From a phage, in the NCBI GenBank assembly GCA_023551395.1, contig GCA_023551395.1_3945.1: a DNA stretch of 64,000 nt. One strand, given 5' to 3'. Below the pieces are notes generated by a model. The model was not told the DNA's origin, searched no databases, and saw nothing but the letters and a program-made list of their open reading frames with translations. This document shows, in pieces, positions 1 through 5,244 of this stretch. The position numbers and the translations under genes are program-made. Position 1 is the stretch's first letter; every line of letters begins with the position of its first letter.

Positions 1-28
1 AAAAAAACACGGTCTGGCAATGTATTAA

Positions 29-105
29 GGTTAGGAAGCACATAAGGTATGTGCGGTCGCCTGTTAAGCGAATGGCACAGGGTTCGAATCCCTGACTAAC
101 CGCCA
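29..105 (+). tRNA. tRNA-Asn (anticodon GTT)
   Basis: Cloverleaf read by hand: T-arm CAGGG-TTCGAAT-CCCTG, anticodon loop CTGTTAA, 6/7 acceptor pairs, encoded CCA. Confidence 0.7.
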
Positions 106-113
106 AATTAAAT

Positions 114-201
114 GTGTCGTTATCCCGTAGATGGTAGCGGTGGGGACTGTAAATCCCTTGTCATTGAGACTCGGTAGGTTCGACTCCTACACGGCACACC
201 A
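114..201 (+). tRNA. tRNA-Tyr (anticodon GTA), long variable arm
   Basis: Acceptor GTGTCGT/ACGGCAC, anticodon stem GGGGA/TCCCT with loop CTGTAAA, ~15-nt variable arm, T-arm GTAGG-TTCGACT-CCTAC, CCA encoded. Confidence 0.75.
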
Positions 202-207
202 AATAAA

Positions 208-285
208 GGTTATGTAGTTTAATCTGGTTAAAATACTCCCCTGTCACGGGAGATGATGAGGGTTCAAATCCCTTCGTAACCGCCA
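208..285 (+). tRNA. tRNA-Asp (anticodon GTC)
   Basis: Acceptor GGTTATG/CGTAACC, anticodon stem CTCCC/GGGAG loop CTGTCAC, T-loop TTCAAAT, CCA encoded. Confidence 0.8.
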
Positions 286-744
286 AATTATAATAAGTAT
301 TTCAAAATGATGTTTTGAGAGGGCTATTTAGCCCCTCCCTTAAAGAGTTCTTACGAGTATTCTTTAAAGGAGCAGAAGACCAAATTCAGCAAATATGTAT
401 GATATTTTCAAGCCAATTTAATTTTGAAAAAATTTAAAACTTGGTCTGGCTCAACAAATTTACAGAAGACCGTTTACAGCAAAAACTTAAACAATCTATT
501 TCTCCGGTAAAGAAAAGGCGAAGGTTCGATTCCTTCACTCGGCAGATGTCGAGTTGGTGTAATGGTAGCACTTAAGATGATAAACAACGGTCTGGTAATT
601 ATCTTTGTAGATAAGTTATTAAGCTTACCTGTGAGTATGCGACCACAAAGGGTGAAAGGGTAAATTCTAGATTTAAACCCAACAAGGCACATCGCTACAG
701 ACCTTAAGCAAGTCTGGGTAGCTTATCTACAAAGATAATTTAAT

Positions 745-820
745 GGAAGTGTAGCAGAATGGTGATGCGGCAGACTTTTAATCTGACAGGCGATGGGTTC
801 GAATCCCTCCACTTCTACCA
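745..820 (+). tRNA. tRNA-Lys (anticodon TTT), atypical weak T-stem
   Basis: Acceptor GGAAGTG/CACTTCT, 3-bp D-stem GCA/TGC, anticodon loop CTTTTAA, T-arm ATGGG-TTCGAAT-CCCTC with only 3 clean pairs, CCA encoded. Confidence 0.6.
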
Positions 821-824
821 AAAT

Positions 825-901
825 GGTTCAGTCGCAGATAAGGTAATGCAAGGGTCTCATAAGCCCTATGAATGTGGGTTCGATTCCCATCTGAACCTCC
901 A
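825..901 (+). tRNA. tRNA-Met (anticodon CAT; could be elongator, initiator or lysidine-Ile)
   Basis: Acceptor GGTTCAG/CTGAACC, anticodon stem AGGGT/GCCCT loop CTCATAA, T-loop TTCGATT, CCA encoded. Confidence 0.7.
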
Positions 902-902
902 A

Positions 903-978
903 GCTGGTATAGTTAAGAAGGTTATAACACTCCCCTGATAAGGGAACATCGGTGGTTCGATTCCACCTACCAGTACCA
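903..978 (+). tRNA. tRNA-Ile (anticodon GAT)
   Basis: Acceptor GCTGGTA/TACCAGT, anticodon loop CTGATAA, T-arm GGTGG-TTCGATT-CCACC, CCA encoded. Confidence 0.75.
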
Positions 979-993
979 ATTTCAATAAAGTTG

Positions 994-1022
994 TTGACAT
1001 TGAGATGTGACCACTTTATAGT
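994..1022 (+). promoter_or_regulatory. sigma70-like promoter (TTGACA, 17-bp spacer, TATAGT) inside the tRNA array
   Basis: Near-consensus -35 at 994-999 and -10 at 1017-1022 with a 17-bp spacer; followed by ~200 nt of non-tRNA leader before tRNA-Arg. Confidence 0.5.
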
Positions 1023-1226
1023 AACCTTAGTTTTCGTTGCGTAGCGTCTATTTTGCAAATTTAAAATAAATGCAAACGACAATGTTTTTCTGGCAGTAGC
1101 TTGATAGGCTAAACACCAGTGAGGTCTTCCAATCCCTCATCAAAGAATTTGGCGTACTCGCCCACGGTATGATTAATAAGGTGGGCATCTTTAAGGGCTT
1201 TCTAAGAGAGTCTTTAAAGATTAATG

Positions 1227-1302
1227 CACCCTTAGTTCAATTGGATAGAGCAACGGTCTTCTAAATCGTTAGTTACAGGTTCGAATCCTGTAGGGTGTGC
1301 CA
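1227..1302 (+). tRNA. tRNA-Arg (anticodon TCT)
   Basis: Acceptor GCACCCT/AGGGTGT, D-arm GTTC-AATTGGATA-GAGC, anticodon stem ACGGT/ATCGT loop CTTCTAA, T-arm ACAGG-TTCGAAT-CCTGT, CCA encoded. Confidence 0.8.
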
Positions 1303-1444
1303 AATAGTTAGCAGATTACTTATACGACCTAAGCGGGTCTTCCTGTAGGGAGGTGGTCTGTATCTCATGTTTTCCAGAACATGTAAATAATCTGAGAAGG
1401 GGCTTTACAGTGTTGAGATAATACGGTAAGCTTCGAATTATAGT

Positions 1445-1527
1445 ATGGGACGATGTTAAGACTCTAAGGCATGAGCAACGGCCTCCAAAACCGTTTCAAA
1501 GGGGTTCAACTCCTCCGTCCCATGCCA
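1445..1527 (+). tRNA. tRNA-Trp-like (anticodon CCA) with enlarged D-region
   Basis: Perfect acceptor ATGGGAC/GTCCCAT, anticodon loop CTCCAAA as in bacterial tRNA-Trp, G discriminator, T-loop TTCAACT; 26 nt between acceptor and anticodon stem instead of ~19. Confidence 0.5.
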
Positions 1528-1540
1528 AAGTCTTATTAGG

Positions 1541-1628
1541 GGTAGGTAGCGGCTAATGGCAGCCAAACAGTCTTGAAAACTGTTGCCACTGTAGAGATAC
1601 GGTGAGGGTTCGACTCCTTTACTTACCG
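1541..1628 (+). tRNA. tRNA-Ser (anticodon TGA), long variable arm
   Basis: Acceptor GGTAGGT/ACTTACC, D-stem GGCT/AGCC, anticodon stem ACAGT/ACTGT loop CTTGAAA, ~20-nt variable arm, T-loop TTCGACT. Confidence 0.65.
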
Positions 1629-1786
1629 CCTAATAAGATTTAAAGCCAAGCTTCATTCGGATGTTGCTTTGGTATCCCTCGTGTATTGTCGTACACGCAC
1701 AGTAAAGCACCTAGTAGGTGTCACGGAGAAGAGATAATATCAAGCTCTCCAAAGGTTCTAGTCACCGGATTAAACAAGACTATGCA

Positions 1787-1809
1787 AAGACCAAATTAGG
1801 TCTTTTTAG
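1787..1809 (+). terminator. intrinsic terminator-like hairpin within tRNA array
   Basis: Stem AAGACC/GGTCTT with loop AAATTA followed by TTTTT. Confidence 0.45.
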
Positions 1810-1886
1810 AGGGCTTCTAAGGTTATTACAGCTTGTTGTGGAACCTTGTTGCTTAGGTTCTTAGAAGTTCTCTAAAAAGATTTAAT

Positions 1887-1965
1887 GGGAGATTGACGGC
1901 AACTTGGTAGACCTATCTCGCTTAGAACGAGATGCTTGAGGGTTCGAATCCCTTGTCTCCTACCA
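1887..1965 (+). tRNA. tRNA with anticodon TAG (Leu by anticodon) but short variable arm
   Basis: Acceptor GGGAGAT/GTCTCCT, perfect anticodon stem TCTCG/CGAGA with loop CTTAGAA, 5-nt variable loop, T-arm GAGGG-TTCGAAT-CCCTT, A discriminator, CCA encoded. Confidence 0.6.
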
Positions 1966-1972
1966 AATTAAT

Positions 1973-2048
1973 GCAGGTGTAGCAAAATGGTTATGCGGCT
2001 GACTCTTAATCAGTAAGACGATGGGTTCAATTCCCTCCACCTGTACCA
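1973..2048 (+). tRNA. tRNA-Lys (anticodon CTT), paralogue of 745-820
   Basis: Acceptor GCAGGTG/CACCTGT, D-stem GCA/TGC, anticodon stem GCTGA/TCAGT loop CTCTTAA, same atypical T-arm ATGGG-TTCAATT-CCCTC, CCA encoded. Confidence 0.6.
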
Positions 2049-2054
2049 AACAAT

Positions 2055-2129
2055 GGGGTCATAGTTTATATGGTTAAAATTCGAGTTTTGCAAACTTGGG
2101 AACTGAGTTCAATTCTCAGTGACTCCACC
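2055..2129 (+). tRNA. tRNA-Ala (anticodon TGC)
   Basis: Acceptor GGGGTCA/TGACTCC giving the G3:U70 alanine identity pair, anticodon loop TTTGCAA, T-arm CTGAG-TTCAATT-CTCAG, CCA encoded. Confidence 0.8.
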
Positions 2130-2136
2130 AATTAGT

Positions 2137-2211
2137 GCATCCATAGTTTAAACGGGAAAATTACAGTCTTCCAAACTGAGGTTGAGGGTTCGATTCCCTC
2201 TGGATGCTCCA
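2137..2211 (+). tRNA. tRNA-Gly (anticodon TCC)
   Basis: Perfect acceptor GCATCCA/TGGATGC, anticodon loop CTTCCAA, T-arm GAGGG-TTCGATT-CCCTC, CCA encoded. Confidence 0.75.
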
Positions 2212-2218
2212 AATTAAT

Positions 2219-2294
2219 GCTCCTATCGTATAATTGGTTATTACGGTTGCCTTGTAAGCAACTTATCAGGGTTCGAGTCCTTGTGGGAGCACCA
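2219..2294 (+). tRNA. tRNA-Thr (anticodon TGT)
   Basis: Acceptor GCTCCTA/TGGGAGC, perfect anticodon stem GTTGC/GCAAC loop CTTGTAA, T-loop TTCGAGT, CCA encoded. Confidence 0.8.
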
Positions 2295-2390
2295 ATTCAG
2301 AGGTCAAGTGAAAGACCGCTTTGAGTCAACTGAAGACCGTAACAAATTCCACGGAGTTGAGTTAGCGGCACAACTCCAGACCTCTTTCAT

Positions 2391-2465
2391 ACTCGCTTAG
2401 TTTATATGGTAAAACATCACCCTTACAAGATGAAGAAAAAGGTTCAAGTCCTTTAGTGAGTACCA
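2391..2465 (+). tRNA. tRNA-Val (anticodon TAC), A1 start
   Basis: Acceptor ACTCGCT/AGTGAGT, D-stem GTTT/AAAC, anticodon loop CTTACAA with one C-A mismatch in stem, T-arm AAAGG-TTCAAGT-CCTTT, CCA encoded. Confidence 0.6.
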
Positions 2466-2466
2466 T

Positions 2467-2544
2467 GTTCCAGTATCCCAATTGGCAGAGGATGCAAGCT
2501 CAAACCTTGTACTAGTGACGGTTCGAATCCGTCTTGGAACACCA
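2467..2544 (+). tRNA. tRNA with anticodon CAA (Leu by anticodon) but short variable arm
   Basis: Acceptor GTTCCAG/TTGGAAC, anticodon stem GCAAG/CTTGT loop CTCAAAC, 6-nt variable loop, T-arm GACGG-TTCGAAT-CCGTC, A discriminator, CCA encoded. Confidence 0.6.
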
Positions 2545-2549
2545 ATTTT

Positions 2550-2625
2550 GCAGGATTAGTTCAAATGGATAGAGCAACAGTCTACGAAGCTGTTAATAGG
2601 GGTTCGAATCCCTTATCCTGCGCCA
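2550..2625 (+). tRNA. tRNA-Arg (anticodon ACG)
   Basis: Perfect acceptor GCAGGAT/ATCCTGC, D-arm GTTC-AAATGGATA-GAGC, anticodon stem ACAGT/GCTGT loop CTACGAA, T-loop TTCGAAT, CCA encoded. Confidence 0.8.
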
Positions 2626-2643
2626 GATAAGCAAGAGGAATTT

Positions 2644-2886
2644 ATGCAAACATTAATCGTCGTTGAACATGAAAATCCCAATAGTATTGAGTTTGTAAGG
2701 GTTCCCACTATAGATACCCACATTTTCTTGAAAGTCGGATGGGAATGCGACCCAATAAAAGTAGAAAGATTTATTGGTCATTGCTTTGGTGGAAGACAAC
2801 TTAAAAGCGTCAATTTTGAGACAATGTTACCAGAAAGCTCAGAAACAAATAATAATGCTTACCTCCTTACGAGGGTTAGACAATGA
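2644..2886 (+). CDS. hypothetical small protein inside tRNA array
   Basis: 80-aa ORF with GAGGA ribosome-binding site upstream of ATG; stop overlaps start of next ORF (ATGA). Confidence 0.4.
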   Translation: MQTLIVVEHENPNSIEFVRVPTIDTHIFLKVGWECDPIKVERFIGHCFGGRQLKSVNFETMLPESSETNNNAYLLTRVRQ

Positions 2887-3440
2887 GATACTTAAAATAT
2901 GTTTCATGGATTTTCTTAGCTTTGTTAGAACCATTTGCAGCAACCCTAGCAGTCATCTTAGCACCTTTCGTAGTTCCATTCTACAGTGAGAAGAAAGGAC
3001 ATCTACCTTTTGGATTCAGATGGATGGAGACCTATGACAACCCGATTGATGGTGATGAAGGCCACGTTAAAAGATGGGCTAAGATTAGAAAGATTGGTAA
3101 GCTGGGTGTCTACATGCAGAGAGTTGGATGGCTCTGGAGAAACAAAGCTTATAACTTCTCTTACCATGTATTAGGAAGAGATGTAAAAGATGTTACTAAG
3201 TGGAAAGGTAATATCAACGTAAGTTCTGACCCTGAAGATAATCAGACTGGTTATCTCCTAATGTGGAACAGTAATGCTTGGGGATTATTCGCTTTTATCC
3301 CATCAATTAAAGTCTTTGGTAAACAGTTTTACTGGAGAATTTATATTGGATGGAAACTAAAAAGTGTTGTCCCAGAAGAAAGAGCATTCTCAAGGGAAAG
3401 AGTTATGTTGGCATTCTTTATTCATCCACTGAGAAAGTAA
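2883..3440 (+). CDS. hypothetical membrane protein (Trp-rich) inside tRNA array
   Basis: 185-aa ORF with hydrophobic N-terminal segment; translationally coupled to upstream ORF; no recognisable catalytic motif. Confidence 0.5.
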   Translation: MRYLKYVSWIFLALLEPFAATLAVILAPFVVPFYSEKKGHLPFGFRWMETYDNPIDGDEGHVKRWAKIRKIGKLGVYMQRVGWLWRNKAYNFSYHVLGRDVKDVTKWKGNINVSSDPEDNQTGYLLMWNSNAWGLFAFIPSIKVFGKQFYWRIYIGWKLKSVVPEERAFSRERVMLAFFIHPLRK

Positions 3441-3448
3441 AGATTTAA

Positions 3449-3524
3449 AGGGGATTAGTTTACAAGGTTAAAACCTCGGTCTTTGAAATCGAAGAAGTTG
3501 GTTCAATTCCAACATCCCCCGCCA
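3449..3524 (+). tRNA. tRNA-Gln (anticodon TTG)
   Basis: Acceptor AGGGGAT/ATCCCCC with 1:72 mismatch, D-stem GTTT/AAAC, anticodon stem TCGGT/ATCGA loop CTTTGAA, T-arm GTTGG-TTCAATT-CCAAC, CCA encoded. Confidence 0.7.
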
Positions 3525-3526
3525 AT

Positions 3527-3605
3527 GCTCCATTACTCCAATTGGCAGAGAGGCCAGACTTAAAATCTGTGTTATGTATCGGTTCGAATCCGATATGGAG
3601 TACCA
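3527..3605 (+). tRNA. tRNA with anticodon TAA (Leu by anticodon) but short variable arm
   Basis: Acceptor GCTCCAT/ATGGAGT, anticodon stem CAGA/TCTG loop CTTAAAA, 7-nt variable loop, perfect T-arm ATCGG-TTCGAAT-CCGAT, A discriminator, CCA encoded. Confidence 0.6.
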
Positions 3606-3610
3606 AATTT

Positions 3611-3685
3611 AGCGGTATAGCATAACTGGCAATGCAACAGTCTCTGAAGCTGTCCTATTAAGGTTCAAATCCTTATGCCGCTGCC
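3611..3685 (+). tRNA. tRNA-Gln (anticodon CTG)
   Basis: Acceptor AGCGGTA/TGCCGCT, D-stem GCAT/ATGC, anticodon stem ACAGT/GCTGT loop CTCTGAA, perfect T-arm TAAGG-TTCAAAT-CCTTA, CCA encoded. Confidence 0.65.
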
Positions 3686-3717
3686 ACTTCTAAGGGTTCT
3701 TACGAGAGTCCTTAAAT

Positions 3718-3793
3718 GTGGCCTTATCATAAATGGTAATGACCCATGCTGTGAACATGGTCTATACGGGTTCAAATCCCGTAGGTCACCCCA
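3718..3793 (+). tRNA. tRNA-His (anticodon GTG)
   Basis: Acceptor GTGGCCT/AGGTCAC, perfect D-stem TCAT/ATGA, perfect anticodon stem CCATG/CATGG loop CTGTGAA, C discriminator, CCA encoded. Confidence 0.8.
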
Positions 3794-3798
3794 ATTTA

Positions 3799-3875
3799 TA
3801 GTCCAAGTAGCTTATATGGTTAAAGCGCGTGTCTGAAAAACATGAGAAGAGGGTTCAAATCCCACTGGACTACCA
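3799..3875 (+). tRNA. tRNA-Phe (anticodon GAA), irregular acceptor/D junction
   Basis: Anticodon stem CGTGT/ACATG loop CTGAAAA, D-stem GCTT/AAGC, T-loop TTCAAAT; exact 5' end ambiguous between 3799 and 3801. Confidence 0.6.
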
Positions 3876-3891
3876 ATTTCAAAGGTGCTTA

Positions 3892-4626
3892 ATGAAAGAG
3901 ATGACAGAACAAGGTAAGGAGATTTTTAATCTCTTAAAAACCGGTAAAGGGTTCTCTAACCCACTTATTACTGGTGCAGCAGTTCTCGGTGGAACCGTAG
4001 CTGCTTCTACATCACTTGTAAGCTCTATTAGTTCTGTAACAGACCCTACAATGAAGGAGAAACTTGTTGCTGCTGGACTTACAACAGTCCTTCTAAACAG
4101 CTTTACAACAAGCCTTACAAGCACTACAGCAACTACTAAGACCCTAACAGACTACGGTCAAAAGTCTATTGATGAGTTTTCATCACGTATGCAGGTAGCA
4201 AAGGGATACTCCAATGTTATGGGTGCAGCAGGAGAACAAGTTGGTTGTACACCATTCAGTGGTATTATGGGTGTTGCTACAGAGTATGGTCAAAAAGCTA
4301 TTAACATGATTAACAGTACACTAGATAGTGTTAATGGTGTATTAAGTGACTTACAAGATGCTATTGATAAGGGTCTTGATACTGTTTCTGATTTAGCTAA
4401 CCAAGCTGTCAGTAAGATTAATGAAGGTATCTCAAAGATTACCGCTTATGCAGATGAAGTTGTGCAGATGATTGAAGAAGAAGCTTCCCTTATTGCAGAG
4501 TACCTTAAAACGAATATCAATGGGTTCTTAGCAGGTATCTTACCAGACTGGTTTGATGATGCTTGTAAAACTGGTGTGATTGACACTATTGCAACACCAG
4601 AAATGAAGAACGCATTACAGAAATAA
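3892..4626 (+). CDS. hypothetical Ser/Thr/Ala-rich protein
   Basis: ORF-track frame 3829-4626, start moved to internal ATG at 3892 (AAAGG ribosome-binding site) because upstream part overlaps tRNA-Phe. Confidence 0.5.
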   Translation: MKEMTEQGKEIFNLLKTGKGFSNPLITGAAVLGGTVAASTSLVSSISSVTDPTMKEKLVAAGLTTVLLNSFTTSLTSTTATTKTLTDYGQKSIDEFSSRMQVAKGYSNVMGAAGEQVGCTPFSGIMGVATEYGQKAINMINSTLDSVNGVLSDLQDAIDKGLDTVSDLANQAVSKINEGISKITAYADEVVQMIEEEASLIAEYLKTNINGFLAGILPDWFDDACKTGVIDTIATPEMKNALQK

Positions 4627-4627
4627 T

Positions 4628-4720
4628 GGAAGATTAACCCTAAAAGGTAAGGGAGCAGTTTGCTAAACTGCCAGTAGCTGAGAAATCGGTGTACCAGTTC
4701 AAGTCTGGTATCTTCCTCCA
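4628..4720 (+). tRNA. tRNA-Ser (anticodon GCT), long variable arm
   Basis: Perfect acceptor GGAAGAT/ATCTTCC, perfect anticodon stem GCAGT/ACTGC loop TTGCTAA, ~21-nt variable arm, T-arm ACCAG-TTCAAGT-CTGGT, CCA encoded. Confidence 0.8.
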
Positions 4721-4724
4721 ATTT

Positions 4725-4799
4725 GAATCCGTGACAGAAATGGCTATGTGCCTGTCTGCAAAACAGGTTTATAAGGGTTCGAGTCCCTTCGGATTCTCC
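4725..4799 (+). tRNA. tRNA-Cys (anticodon GCA)
   Basis: Perfect acceptor GAATCCG/CGGATTC, perfect anticodon stem CCTGT/ACAGG loop CTGCAAA, T-arm AAGGG-TTCGAGT-CCCTT, CCA encoded. Confidence 0.75.
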
Positions 4800-4837
4800 A
4801 AGTTATTTTACTCTCTCTCAATTAAAATAATAATAAT

Positions 4838-4897
4838 GCCCTGCTATAAGTATTCTTCCTTTCGCTACCGAAGAGTATTTTTAGACAGGGCTTTTTT
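4838..4897 (+). terminator. terminator closing tRNA array (nested hairpin + T6)
   Basis: Outer stem GCCCTG/CAGGGC enclosing an inner hairpin, followed by TTTTTT. Confidence 0.5.
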
Positions 4898-4962
4898 ACA
4901 GAGTTATACTTTATAAGAAGGCTTATACAGTATGTCTCTGACGTACATTGTGGTTTCTCCTT

Positions 4963-4988
4963 GACGGTCTCTGTACCGTCTTTTTTAA
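4963..4988 (+). terminator. intrinsic terminator
   Basis: Stem GACGGT/ACCGTC with loop CTCTGT followed by TTTTTT; second of two tandem terminators. Confidence 0.6.
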
Positions 4989-5022
4989 GGGGGAACATGG
5001 TTAATTATTTGGAGAAAACATA

Positions 5023-5223
5023 ATGAGCGAGACCGTTTATAAAGAACTTTATGAAGCTAACAAGAAGCTAGAATTTATGCAGAATACTATCATGGCAATT
5101 GCAGACAGATTATCTGTAGCAACAGGCATTGATATTAAAGAAGCATCTATGGATGCACTTCTTGATGCTGTTGATGCAAAGTTCGAAGTTAAGAAAGAAG
5201 AGACTGCTACAGACTCTGAATAA
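5023..5223 (+). CDS. hypothetical small acidic protein upstream of terminase
   Basis: 66-aa ORF with GGAG ribosome-binding site; position immediately before terL. Confidence 0.4.
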   Translation: MSETVYKELYEANKKLEFMQNTIMAIADRLSVATGIDIKEASMDALLDAVDAKFEVKKEETATDSE

Positions 5224-5244
5224 TTCTATTTGCGGAGGTGCTTA

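Noticed and set aside
500-572. Calling the T-arm/acceptor module at 520-544 a complete tRNA gene, or a permuted tRNA
   Set aside because: No 5' acceptor strand, D-arm or anticodon arm could be paired in either linear or permuted order with acceptable stems; reported only as an observation.
11-725. Recurring short motif CGGTCTGG / GTCTGG in tRNA spacers (e.g. 11-18, 444-449, 589-596, 712-717)
   Set aside because: Only 6-8 nt long and partly overlapping tRNA sequence; could easily occur by chance, and no consistent position relative to genes was seen.
474-1082. Minus-strand ORFs 474-692 and 828-1082 in the ORF track
   Set aside because: They run antisense through tRNA genes and spacers, have no ribosome-binding site context, and their sequence is explained by the tRNAs on the + strand.
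4689-4916. Plus-strand ORF 4689-4916
   Set aside because: Overlaps tRNA-Ser(GCT), tRNA-Cys(GCA) and the terminator hairpin; no ribosome-binding site; almost certainly not translated.
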